From a virus, in IMG/VR virus record IMGVR_UViG_3300002307_000001, positions 61,269 through 125,268 of that record: DNA of 64,000 nt; one strand, 5' to 3'. A program made the translations under genes and the position numbers. Positions 21,219 through 31,529 of the stretch are shown in pieces. How positions within the stretch are numbered: the stretch's first letter is position 1; the number at the start of each line of letters is the position of its first letter. The notes under the pieces are model-generated. The model saw only the letters and a list, made by a program, of their open reading frames with translations, made no database searches and was not told the DNA's origin.

Positions 21219-22705
21219 TATGTATATGATATTGAAAGTGTTACAAAAGTAAATGCTGTACAAGAGTTTACTACAAACTCTATTATATCTCCGGATGCAA
21301 GTGCTGTAGATCCCCAACCTGTAAGAGTAGAATCTGTTGCTTTTTGAGCAGATGTTATAGTAGGTAAATCTGTACCTGCAATAGATATTGTAGTAGGGAA
21401 CCCACTATAAGTAGATCTTTTTACATCAATTACTATTGAACCAGATGCTTGATCACCAACTAATGTCCAACTTATTATTGTACCTACTCTTGGCATTCTT
21501 AAATAACCTTTTGAGCCAGTTGATATAACTCCACCTCCTCCACTTAAAGTAATTCCCAATGAGCCACCACTACCTGTAGCAGATAGTGTATTGCCTGACA
21601 TACTAATGCCTGTGCCCAATATTATTTCCTGTACAGGTGTTGTAGTTGAAGAACTGCCAAGTAATTTAGAGGTAGCTGAAACAGCTTGCATCTTTGCATA
21701 GGTAACAGCATTTGTAGCTATAGTAGCTGCAACTGAACCAGGACCTGTGGCAGTAACATCTCCTGTTAAAGCTGTTATTGGATTTCCTACTACATTTATG
21801 TTACCATTAAGTTTTTGTATTGCACTTAATATACTATCAGAGGAAGTTATAACACCTGCACCACTTACATATCCTGTAAGAACTTTTCCTATTACTGCAG
21901 AATTTGAAAGAACAAGTGATATAGAAGTAGAACCTGAACCATTTGCTTCTCCTGTAACTGCTATTGTTTGATTACCTGTAATATAAGTATTTGCATCTAA
22001 ACTACCATCTGCTTTTACAAATTGAGAAGATGTGCCAGATATATAACTTATAGTTCCAGAAGTAGATTTAACAATACCAGTACCAGATAATGCAGATTGT
22101 TTGGTATTCCAAGTAGATGCAGAAGCAATCCTACTATCTGCTAATGTACCTGCCCATGTCAATGTATGTGCAGTACCTGTTGATACAATAGTTACATTAG
22201 TATCATTTACAAAAGTTTGCGTTGTTCCTGTAAGACCATTAAGTGATGTTATAGCTGTTGTAATGTAAGATACATTAGTCGCAGCAGTTACTTGTCCTTT
22301 AGCATTTACTGTCACATTATTATATGTACCTACATTACTATTTACTACAGGTAATGACAATGACCATAAACCAGATGTAGTAATAGGAGAGAAACCAGTA
22401 ACTGTTATATCAGAAGATGAAAGCCCTACAGATGTTACTGTACCTCCTCCTGCTGATCCTGTAACACCTCCTATCATTTGCCACTCAGTACCATCATAAT
22501 AAATATAAGATCCGGATATCCATGTTTTTGTACCGCTACCCAAATTTCTATTCCACATAAAATAGCCTGTACCAGGTACAACAGTAAATTCAGTAGCTGT
22601 GACAATTTGATAGCAATTTCCTAAAGTACCAACACCATCTGCTAGAGATGGTGTATTGGTAGTAGCATACCAAAAACCTAAATGGTTTAATACTGGTAGG
22701 GACAT
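21218..22705 (-). CDS. Tail fibre protein
   Basis: GGTVTSVGLS, VTVNAKGQVTAA, ITSLNGLTG, LTGDVT, AVTYAKMQ fibre-shaft motifs. Confidence 0.75.
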   Translation of the reverse strand: MSLPVLNHLGFWYATTNTPSLADGVGTLGNCYQIVTATEFTVVPGTGYFMWNRNLGSGTKTWISGSYIYYDGTEWQMIGGVTGSAGGGTVTSVGLSSSDITVTGFSPITTSGLWSLSLPVVNSNVGTYNNVTVNAKGQVTAATNVSYITTAITSLNGLTGTTQTFVNDTNVTIVSTGTAHTLTWAGTLADSRIASASTWNTKQSALSGTGIVKSTSGTISYISGTSSQFVKADGSLDANTYITGNQTIAVTGEANGSGSTSISLVLSNSAVIGKVLTGYVSGAGVITSSDSILSAIQKLNGNINVVGNPITALTGDVTATGPGSVAATIATNAVTYAKMQAVSATSKLLGSSSTTTPVQEIILGTGISMSGNTLSATGSGGSLGITLSGGGGVISTGSKGYLRMPRVGTIISWTLVGDQASGSIVIDVKRSTYSGFPTTISIAGTDLPTITSAQKATDSTLTGWGSTALASGDIIEFVVNSCTAFTFVTLSISYT

Positions 22706-22719
22706 TTGTTAGATTTTAA

Positions 22720-23421
22720 TTAGTTACTATGTTCTGCATTTTGATTTAAATTTTGTTGTTTTGCATAGTTATCCATATCATCTGCGAGTATTGCTGCACC
22801 CTCATTAATAATAGTTTCTATAGTATTATCAGAAAACTCACATTCAACATCTGTTATTACTGGTAAACCTGTATCAGGATTTGTACAACCTGCTATTTCA
22901 ATATGTATAGGTTTTCTATAATAAGTAATACTAGGGTTAACTATATCAAAACAATTGTTTGTATATATTCTAAAATTACCACCTATAACCGTTGCAATTG
23001 TTTCTGCCCATTCATATGAGGGTTGCCTATTTTTATCTAATAGAATCATATCAATGTCGGCTTCTTCTCCAAGAAATACCTTGAATTTTCTTGTCGGACA
23101 ACAATCCCCCACCATTCCTTCTGTACTTATTCTTGACCATTCAAGATAATCAGATGGTAATGTTGTATCCCAATAAATTCCTTGATTAGTCATTGTAAGA
23201 GGTAACTGTTTAAGAATTACTTGAAGTTTATCAATACTTCTTATAGATCCTTCTGCAGTACTTTTAGTTTGATTAATACCTTGTAACTGTCTAATTGTCC
23301 ATGCATCCATTGCTTTATTAAAAGCCTCAGCTATCATCCAGCATTCTATATTACCATAGTCACTTGAACTAAGTTTATTTAATCGCTGTTGAAACTTAAC
23401 TTGTAATAGCTGATTATTCAC
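22720..23421 (-). CDS. Head-tail connector/ring protein
   Basis: RLNKLSSSD, LPSDYL, PSYEW, ITYYRKP, ECEF motifs; synteny. Confidence 0.7.
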   Translation of the reverse strand: MNNQLLQVKFQQRLNKLSSSDYGNIECWMIAEAFNKAMDAWTIRQLQGINQTKSTAEGSIRSIDKLQVILKQLPLTMTNQGIYWDTTLPSDYLEWSRISTEGMVGDCCPTRKFKVFLGEEADIDMILLDKNRQPSYEWAETIATVIGGNFRIYTNNCFDIVNPSITYYRKPIHIEIAGCTNPDTGLPVITDVECEFSDNTIETIINEGAAILADDMDNYAKQQNLNQNAEHSN

Positions 23422-23480
23422 GTTATTGTATTTAAAATTTGTAAAATGGGTAGAGATTGTTAAATCCCTACCCGATTACT

Positions 23481-23534
23481 TTAGCATTTTCCTTTCGGCA
23501 TTTTTGGCTTACTTGGCTTACTTGACTTTGCCAT
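23481..23534 (-). CDS. Tiny basic peptide MAKSSKPSKPKMPKGKC
   Basis: Manual translation; lies between the 355 aa gene and a hairpin at about 23446-23477. Confidence 0.45.
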   Translation of the reverse strand: MAKSSKPSKPKMPKGKC

Positions 23535-23553
23535 ATAACTCAATTTTAATTGA

Positions 23554-24621
23554 TTACTTCTTCCATTCTTCTTCTACTTCCTCTGTAATAACACTAAGTA
23601 CATCATTATTTAAAGGATTTTGAAGAAACTTTACAACATCAATAACACCTTTGCCCATAGGGGTACTTGTCTTATTGTAGTATAGCTGACCATCTTGTTT
23701 GTAAGTCAATAACTGCATTTCTGTAGCATCACGTACAATAGCTTGAATACGCAAATCTGCTAAAGGTTGTTTACAGTATTCTATAAACTTTTCAGCAGTC
23801 ATCTTTTTATTCTTATCTACTGTTTCACCATTAATATACTTATCACAATCATCATATAAGATATCATGTGCTGTAGTCTTCCTATAACTCAATGAGTTTA
23901 TTGCACACAATTTAGTTACATACAATAACTTAGTTACATCCTTATCAAACAATTTTTGCAATTCTGCACCGGCCTGATTACGTAATTTTTTAACTTCAGT
24001 TTTAATACTTGCAGTTTCTTCTTCTTTATCCAAATACCATTTTGGTGCTTCAACAGCATTTCTTGCAACATCTAAAGAAGATGCAACACAAAGAAAACCA
24101 CCTGCCTGAATTGCATATATAAGAATAATATCATGTGGATTTTTAGGATCCAGATATAATGTACTATTGCTACATTTAATTTCTACACTATCCCAATAAG
24201 TAGGAATACGTTGTTTTTTATCATCAAATTTATCAGGTCCTTGTGAAATAAACATTGTTACTTTACTCCAAAAAGAATCAGAAAATCTACCGGTAGCCTT
24301 ACCTTTCTCATCATGTTCATCTATATCTTTTTCTGTAAGAGTATAATTACCGGCTAATGAATTTTCAAGAAACACCACTGTCTTACGAATGTCTCTAATA
24401 GTAGCTTCTTTCTTCTCGCTATCACGAATGTTTTGAACTTCAGGTGCAAGTTCATTAAGACCGGTAAGATAACATTTAATACCATTACGTTCTACAAGGC
24501 CTAATAGTTCTTTATGTTGTGCACCATCTGCTACAACCATATCATACTTTTCAAGACCTGCATTAGGGAGACCATTTATGTATGGCTTTATGCTTACCCT
24601 ACTTCCTACTTTAATATTCAT
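23554..24621 (-). CDS. Conserved crAss-like protein of the capsid module
   Basis: 355 aa; YLTGLNE, LDPKNPHD, FLQNPLN; normally adjacent to the MCP gene. Confidence 0.65.
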   Translation of the reverse strand: MNIKVGSRVSIKPYINGLPNAGLEKYDMVVADGAQHKELLGLVERNGIKCYLTGLNELAPEVQNIRDSEKKEATIRDIRKTVVFLENSLAGNYTLTEKDIDEHDEKGKATGRFSDSFWSKVTMFISQGPDKFDDKKQRIPTYWDSVEIKCSNSTLYLDPKNPHDIILIYAIQAGGFLCVASSLDVARNAVEAPKWYLDKEEETASIKTEVKKLRNQAGAELQKLFDKDVTKLLYVTKLCAINSLSYRKTTAHDILYDDCDKYINGETVDKNKKMTAEKFIEYCKQPLADLRIQAIVRDATEMQLLTYKQDGQLYYNKTSTPMGKGVIDVVKFLQNPLNNDVLSVITEEVEEEWKK

Positions 24622-24680
24622 TTTGTTTTATTTTGTTGGTTCAATTACAAGATACGAAGTTATATACTATTTACCAAACA

Positions 24681-25679
24681 TTATATATTCTCTTTTTCTT
24701 TTTCTATTATATTAAGATATGTTTGATACTTTCTATCTAAGTAGACTGTAGCATCTTTGTAGAGATAGTCAGCTATTTTAATTGCCTCATAACTATAATA
24801 GGCAATAGAATACAAGGGAAACTCATAACCAGGTTTTATTCTTTCAGTTGGATATTTTTTACTTGTTAATTCTATTTTATTTTGACAGAACCAAATAAAT
24901 TCACATATAGTATCTAATGTTCCACATATAGATATTTGATAGGGTGTTTCTGTACCTTTTTTAGTTATGTAAGGCATGTATATACCACCATCTCCGTCAA
25001 TACAACCTCGCCAAAAATCACGGCTGTTTTTCAAACTCTCATGAGGTACAGCATCATAGCTTTTTTTATTAGTAAAACCAAGTGCTTTCAATGAATCATG
25101 TATTCGTTTAGATCCTATTCGTAAACGAGATGCTAATCTACCTGCAGGTTTAACATCTTCAAGTTTAGAATTAGACCTCATAAACTCCCTGTATTTTTCA
25201 ATATGTTTTTTATCCCCTCTTTGTATTAATAGTTCTACACTGTAACCTTCTACTTTTTCGCCACTTATAGAACCATCTGTATACAAAAAACCTAACCAAT
25301 AAGCTGACTCAGGAGTAATAGTTTCAAAAGCATCTTCTCTAAGATTAGTATTACCCCATCGAATTAACCATTGTTCAGACTTTGTTTTATATTTTACATC
25401 AGCACTTTTGAGAAGTTCTCGTATAGTTTTACGTGTAAGGTGAAGAGTCTCCTCTATATATAATTGAGATTTACCTTGTTGATAAAGTTCTACTACCTGG
25501 TTAAGTTTTTTCTGATATCTTTCTGCAAGATCTTTATCAACATCTACCCCAGATTTTAAAAGAAGTCTTTTTACCACATCTCTATGAGTACCTACCTTTT
25601 CTCCAATATCAGTAAATGATAATTCTTGATTGTACAATTCAATAATCTCAGGCAATCTTTCTAACGATTTCTTATACAT
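24681..25679 (-). mobile_element. Free-standing LAGLIDADG homing endonuclease with N-terminal HTH repeats
   Basis: AYWLGFLYTDGSI and FWRGCIDGDG motifs, YLDRKY end; own TATCTTTG box at 25713-25720. Confidence 0.85.
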
Positions 25680-25766
25680 AAAAATATCGCACTCCTTTTA
25701 TGAAGTGCGATACAAAGATATACATAATTTCTGAAAAAGTAGCACAGAAACATATATTTATTTTCA

Positions 25767-27389
25767 TCAAAGACTGTAACCTGTGATCGGGTTTTTAGCC
25801 ACGATTTTTAATAGGCGTGTGGGGTCCATTACAACCAGTGCACCTTGCTTCTGGAACATCTTCACCTTGTAACCATTAAAGTCACCTGATGATTGGAAGC
25901 CCTTAGTACGACCCATATAATCAGCAGTACCATTCTGATACATCCAATGGAACTCATGATCAAACTTGTCACGCAACATCTTGATATTATCTGTACCACG
26001 ATCTGTTACGTCAAAGATAATATATGAATAAGATGACAAACGGAAACCATTGATAATTGGATTTTCAATTTCGTTTGCTTCTACGTTATCAAATGCAGGG
26101 TTGATTACAAACTTAAGGTTTGCCAAGAAAGGAATAGTATATGAAGTAAATGCATAACCAAAATCCAAATCGAGAGCTTCACCCTTAATTGCACCAAGTT
26201 CATGTGCATTTTGTACCAAACCAGAATTGATAGCAAATTGCTGGATAGCCTTGTTCATTTGCTGCATACCGGCCAAACCTGTCTGAACAATCAGCTTACG
26301 TTTAGGATCCGGACCTTCAAAGTTTACCTTACCTACATAATAGTTATAGATTTCAGAGTTAAACATATCTGTACTGAATGTACCAATGTTGTAAACCTTC
26401 TTATAACCATTATCAGATTGTATCCAAAGACCTGTAGAGAATCGCAGATCATCTGGACCATCCTGCTGAACACGACCCCCTTTACCCCACATCAAATAAG
26501 TTTCCAAGTCAGTAGTTACTTTCTTGATAGCCTGACGTTCAATTTCAGTGATAAATGCTTTACTGATCTGTCCTTCCTTCATTGCTTTCAACATACCTAC
26601 CTGACCAAGACGAGTAGAAATATCTTCCAATGTACGAAGTGATGGATCTGCACGAAGTGATGGATCATTGATCTTCCAGATCTCAGTTACCGGTATACCG
26701 CCTGTATTCTGACCATTACGCATCATAGCATCAGCTTTCTGTGTAATGTGGTAAGAAGCATTTGCTTCAGCATTACCAAGGATATTATAGAACTCACGGT
26801 ATCCCGCACGAGAAACTACATCATCCCATCTTTCACCATATTCACCACGACCTGAAGTTACACGGAATACCTTAGTACCAGGTACAAGATATTTGTTCTC
26901 CAAATATGCTGAACTATTATTGTTGATCAATTTACATGTGTAAACAAACTCGTTGTTACCCATTGATATAATTGGATCTTCTGTAACACGGAACTCAAGT
27001 CCACGATACTTGTCAAAAGTTAACACTGCAGTATGACCATATTCTCTACGGTTCAATACAATACGGAAGGACTTTTCAGCAATACCCTTCTTAGTATCAC
27101 TTGGATCAATGTCACGAGTGATCTGTGGTAGATCATTAGCTACAGGTGTCTGCCATGTGTAACGACCCCTTGGATCATCTACGTCTATGGTATTACCCTT
27201 GCCAAAATTAGAGAATGCATACAGAGGCATCTGTGCAACCTGTGTATTTGCCCAAAATTCAATTGGACCCAAATCGGTAGGTTTCGCATCCTTCATCATG
27301 TTGTACAAGTGATAAGAGTCGTAGTTCGAACCTATCTCATACACGTTATCACGAAGTGCGATACCATTGTTTAAAACTGGAGTAGCCAT
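25767..27389 (-). CDS. Major capsid protein
   Basis: 540 aa; portal-scaffold-MCP order; YLMWGKGG, strong codon bias, NPITGYSL end. Confidence 0.85.
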   Translation of the reverse strand: MATPVLNNGIALRDNVYEIGSNYDSYHLYNMMKDAKPTDLGPIEFWANTQVAQMPLYAFSNFGKGNTIDVDDPRGRYTWQTPVANDLPQITRDIDPSDTKKGIAEKSFRIVLNRREYGHTAVLTFDKYRGLEFRVTEDPIISMGNNEFVYTCKLINNNSSAYLENKYLVPGTKVFRVTSGRGEYGERWDDVVSRAGYREFYNILGNAEANASYHITQKADAMMRNGQNTGGIPVTEIWKINDPSLRADPSLRTLEDISTRLGQVGMLKAMKEGQISKAFITEIERQAIKKVTTDLETYLMWGKGGRVQQDGPDDLRFSTGLWIQSDNGYKKVYNIGTFSTDMFNSEIYNYYVGKVNFEGPDPKRKLIVQTGLAGMQQMNKAIQQFAINSGLVQNAHELGAIKGEALDLDFGYAFTSYTIPFLANLKFVINPAFDNVEANEIENPIINGFRLSSYSYIIFDVTDRGTDNIKMLRDKFDHEFHWMYQNGTADYMGRTKGFQSSGDFNGYKVKMFQKQGALVVMDPTRLLKIVAKNPITGYSL

Positions 27390-27423
27390 TTTTATTATTC
27401 TATTTTATTGTTTACAAAATTGT

Positions 27424-28686
27424 TTATCGTTCAAAAAGATTCCTTGGTTTACTTAGTTTCTTTTTTGATGATTTAGTTTCTATATCTTCTGAATCAAAAG
27501 CTGCACCATTTGAATTATTCATCTGCTCTGATTTAAGCTTTTTTGCTATTTCAGTAGTTGCAACATTTTTTCCTTGTTGTCTTACATTGTTTTTAAATCC
27601 TTCTGGATCTGCAAGATGGTATGTAATTTCTGCTAATAGTTCAAAATTGGGTTCTACATACTGTATGCGATCCAATAAATGTCCCAAAAGGTTTGTAGGT
27701 TTACCTGATGCACTTGGATAAGCAACATTGGTCAATCCTTCATAAAGCATAGACTGCGTCTTTCTATCTAACTTTATTCCATTTAGTTCACCTTTACCTA
27801 AAGCTTGTCCAACATTAGTTACATACATTTGAGCAGCTTCTCTTTGTTGAAGATTGAACTGTGTCTGCTGTTGTAACTGATATTCAACTTGCTCTTTTTG
27901 CATTTCATCAAGAGTTGGTTTGAAAGTTTTAGCTTTCTTTTCAAGTTTACCATCTTCTTTCCATTCTGCTATTTGTTCTTCAATAACGTCTGGTTTACCA
28001 AAGCCGGTTGCTTGCAGATAACTTCTTGTTATAGCAATTTGTCCATCTTCATCATCAGGATCTAAAGATTTTACTTGTTCCACTCTTGCAAGTGCAGCAA
28101 ACAAACCTTTCATATCTTGTCCACCTTCCATTGCATACCTTGCAGCATATTGCAATTCTTCAGGCAGTGCTTCAAAGAACTCTACTGGTGTTCTCTCAAG
28201 AAGTTCTCTTTCTTTTGATTCCCAGTTTGCATCAAGCATTTGATACAATGTTTTTTCAGGTTGTTTAGAAAGATACTCATCAAGAGTTTGTTTTTTTTCA
28301 TCCCAATCTTCAAAAGCAGAAAAATCACCTGCTTCTATTTTTTCTTTCAAATAAGAAGTCAGAGCATTCTTATCTGTTTTTGGCCTACCTGTACCATTTT
28401 GTGATTCAGTATTACCATCTTCATCTTCATCATCTTTACCAATAGCATTCAATATCTTGTCTGCTTCTGTTTGGTCAACATTTACAATTTTGTCTGTATC
28501 TGTTTTTTCAGGACCACTTTTATGTGTCAGATCATCTTTTGTTATTCCACTTGGTTTATCAAGAAATGACATATCTGAATCATTACTTAATATGTTAGGT
28601 ACTTTAGATGTAAGAACATCTGATGTATCTACTCCAGGGAACAACTTATCAAGATCTACAACCTCATTAGTTACTGTTGTTTCCAT
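27424..28686 (-). CDS. Acidic scaffold-like protein
   Basis: D/E-rich, FFEALPEE, coiled coil; between portal and MCP. Confidence 0.65.
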   Translation of the reverse strand: METTVTNEVVDLDKLFPGVDTSDVLTSKVPNILSNDSDMSFLDKPSGITKDDLTHKSGPEKTDTDKIVNVDQTEADKILNAIGKDDEDEDGNTESQNGTGRPKTDKNALTSYLKEKIEAGDFSAFEDWDEKKQTLDEYLSKQPEKTLYQMLDANWESKERELLERTPVEFFEALPEELQYAARYAMEGGQDMKGLFAALARVEQVKSLDPDDEDGQIAITRSYLQATGFGKPDVIEEQIAEWKEDGKLEKKAKTFKPTLDEMQKEQVEYQLQQQTQFNLQQREAAQMYVTNVGQALGKGELNGIKLDRKTQSMLYEGLTNVAYPSASGKPTNLLGHLLDRIQYVEPNFELLAEITYHLADPEGFKNNVRQQGKNVATTEIAKKLKSEQMNNSNGAAFDSEDIETKSSKKKLSKPRNLFER

Positions 28687-28767
28687 TTATGTTTGTTTGT
28701 TGGTTCAATATTAAACTACACAATATTTCTAAAGAAAAAACATTCTATGTTTAGAAAAATGCACTCT

Positions 28768-31512
28768 TTAGCTCTTAGTGTTTTTCTCTTTTAATTTGTG
28801 ATTAATTTTTGCAACCTGTACTTCAGCATTTGTACGTTTTGCCTCCTCTGCTATTTTTTGTCTTTGAATTTGTTGATCTGTTTCTTTTAATCTTGTATTT
28901 ACTAAATGTTTATCTTTTTCTAAATTCATTTTATCACTATGTTCCTGTTGACCTTGAATAAACTTAAGATTATCCATATAATCATTTTGTTTATTTTGGT
29001 TAAGATCAACTGAACCAGAAAAACCTGCAGCTCTAATTTCTGCTTCTTGTATATGAGTATCTCTATCTTTCTGAGCCTCAGTTGCATCAAAGTCTTGCTT
29101 GGCTTTAAGCATTTCCATTTGATGTTGTTGTTCAGATTGTTGAGCTTGCTGTTCTTGTTGTGATTTTTCTTGTTGTTCTTTTTCATGACGAGCTTCCATT
29201 ACTTTTAATCCAGATTCAAGATCAACCATGTCATCTGCTTTAATGGTACGTATCCTATCCCATAGTGTTGTACCGGTAGTGTTATCTTTAAGCATCATTT
29301 GTTTAATGTTTTCAAGAACATTACGCATACCAACTCTTGTGTGACATGTTACATTAATGTCTCTACCTAACAGTTCTTCACCATTAAGCATAAACATTAC
29401 CTTTTCCTCATCTTTTGTTACATACTGAAGCCTTATAGAAGGATTAGTGGATTGATAATACTGTGCAAGATCTGTTCTCATTTGGTGAACTCTTGGCATA
29501 AGTTCATCTGAGTGTTGTATAAAATACTGTTCTGTTTGTGCATAAGAAGCAGCTATTGCTTGTTCTATACCTGTAGCAGTTTCTGATTTATCAATAGGTG
29601 TACCCATTCTTTGTGGGTTAAGTCCTATAGATGATAATGCTTCTTCTTTAATCCATTGTGCCTGTTTAATCTTTGACATGATACGTTCATGCTGACTCAT
29701 ATCTATTTTTTGGAAGGGCATGTGCTGTATAGCTGTTTCCGTATTTATGATACTTGTATCTACCGGTATCATAGAGAAATTCTTAGCAGCCAGGTAAGCT
29801 TTCTGTATATTGTTTTCTCCCCAATCTTCACCCATGGAATTTTTAGGAAGTACTCTTTGATCAAATACTATAATGGTACCAAGTTCATCTATTTGAATAT
29901 CTTGTATTTGATTCAATACCATGTTGTAACCAATTTGATAAGGTTTTAACCTATCTACAAGAGATTTACTCTGGGTATTATAATCATTAAACACTCTACC
30001 TTCTACAGGTAGTTTACATCCCCAGGTAGTTTTGTTACCTTTAAATTGATATTTTAATCTACCTGGTATACCACCTGTCATGCCTACATACATAGGAGCA
30101 AATCCAGAAGGGTTATTCATACCAATAAATCCAGGAATATTTGGACCAATTTTATACCCACCCCAAGATTCATTTATCCAAATCCAATCTATATGTTCAC
30201 CAAAAATTAAGTTGTCTTTACTTTTTTCTTTAAAAACCAATGTGTTATATATTGGTTTATCTGTTACTTCGTATGTTTCATCTACTATTTCTTGTACAAC
30301 ATTTCCTACTTCATCCATCTTTGTAAGATGTCCCATTAATCTTTGTGTCTTCCAATAGATAGTTGCTACCCTTACCAGGTATGCTGAATCAGTGTCTTGA
30401 AGATCCTCATTTTCATCAAGTATCCAACGAATGATATCACCGTTAGTCTTGTGTGTATTGTAGGCACTCATAAACTGTCTCATACCTACACCCGGTCCTT
30501 GTGTATTCCATTCATAAGACATACTAGGATCGTAAAATGCACCACTCTCATTACCTATACCGGTCTGCGTATACATCGCACCTCTTACTGGATATAATGA
30601 ATTTAGAGTTTCCATCTGATCCTGACTCATCATCCAGCCATACTTGTCAATAACTTCTGGTACTGTCATAAGGGTAATCATACCAACCCATGCAGCATCT
30701 GACATATACCTAACATTAGGACTCTTTCTATAAAAGGTTTGAGTAGGGTTCCATGTTTCTAATTCATAATCATCTTCTTTCATTATGTAATGCCAAAATT
30801 CCCTATCTGTAATTAAAGAATTACGGAAGTTTTGACGTTCTAATTCCGGCATTGCAAACCTATCATTGTCAACTGCCATCTGATGTTCTGCCCATGCAGC
30901 ATATAATGATCTGTAATCTTTACTATAAAACTCCTGTATTTGTGGAAGACTTTTTATAGTTTTAGGATCCATCATTTGTTTAGCCTCATCAGAATCAGGT
31001 TGCATACCCATTTCTTGTAACTTGGCCTGTTGTAACATTGTTGCTTTTTGAATAAGTACTTCTTCTACATCTTTGTACTTTTCATCCAGCATTTCATTTG
31101 CACTCTTTTCATCCCTCATTTCAAATGTAATACGAGAGTATCTTTTTGAAAACTCATTAGTAAGTACATCTATAATAGTAGGAATAATAGGATAAAACTT
31201 TAATTCAAGTGCTGAAACATCTTCTTTGATAAGTGGTTCTATTACTTCAGCATAATCTGTTTCAGCTATTATATAATCACTTTTTTCTATTTGGGAATTG
31301 GCAAGTTTGTAATTTTTAAGCATTTTGCCAGCAGTTCTTTTAAGTTGCCTCATGCCTGTCCATTCAATGTAATCCATTACTTGAGCAGTCCACTGAGGAT
31401 CTTTCTCTTTCATTGGTAGCATTTGGTATGGCTGATAAATTCCACCAAGTGTTTTACCGTATAATGGTTCAGTCTTTGCACCTGCTTTTAACTGTATAGC
31501 ATTTAGTACCAT
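28768..31512 (-). CDS. Portal protein
   Basis: 914 aa; YPIIPTIIDVL, SLVDRLKPYQIGYN, IGLNPQRMG, coiled C-terminus; follows terminase. Confidence 0.9.
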   Translation of the reverse strand: MVLNAIQLKAGAKTEPLYGKTLGGIYQPYQMLPMKEKDPQWTAQVMDYIEWTGMRQLKRTAGKMLKNYKLANSQIEKSDYIIAETDYAEVIEPLIKEDVSALELKFYPIIPTIIDVLTNEFSKRYSRITFEMRDEKSANEMLDEKYKDVEEVLIQKATMLQQAKLQEMGMQPDSDEAKQMMDPKTIKSLPQIQEFYSKDYRSLYAAWAEHQMAVDNDRFAMPELERQNFRNSLITDREFWHYIMKEDDYELETWNPTQTFYRKSPNVRYMSDAAWVGMITLMTVPEVIDKYGWMMSQDQMETLNSLYPVRGAMYTQTGIGNESGAFYDPSMSYEWNTQGPGVGMRQFMSAYNTHKTNGDIIRWILDENEDLQDTDSAYLVRVATIYWKTQRLMGHLTKMDEVGNVVQEIVDETYEVTDKPIYNTLVFKEKSKDNLIFGEHIDWIWINESWGGYKIGPNIPGFIGMNNPSGFAPMYVGMTGGIPGRLKYQFKGNKTTWGCKLPVEGRVFNDYNTQSKSLVDRLKPYQIGYNMVLNQIQDIQIDELGTIIVFDQRVLPKNSMGEDWGENNIQKAYLAAKNFSMIPVDTSIINTETAIQHMPFQKIDMSQHERIMSKIKQAQWIKEEALSSIGLNPQRMGTPIDKSETATGIEQAIAASYAQTEQYFIQHSDELMPRVHQMRTDLAQYYQSTNPSIRLQYVTKDEEKVMFMLNGEELLGRDINVTCHTRVGMRNVLENIKQMMLKDNTTGTTLWDRIRTIKADDMVDLESGLKVMEARHEKEQQEKSQQEQQAQQSEQQHQMEMLKAKQDFDATEAQKDRDTHIQEAEIRAAGFSGSVDLNQNKQNDYMDNLKFIQGQQEHSDKMNLEKDKHLVNTRLKETDQQIQRQKIAEEAKRTNAEVQVAKINHKLKEKNTKS

Positions 31513-31529
31513 GTTAATTTATTGAATAA

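Noticed and set aside
24681-25766. Group I intron in the MCP gene
   Set aside because: The MCP ends normally and the short flanks leave no room for a ribozyme core.
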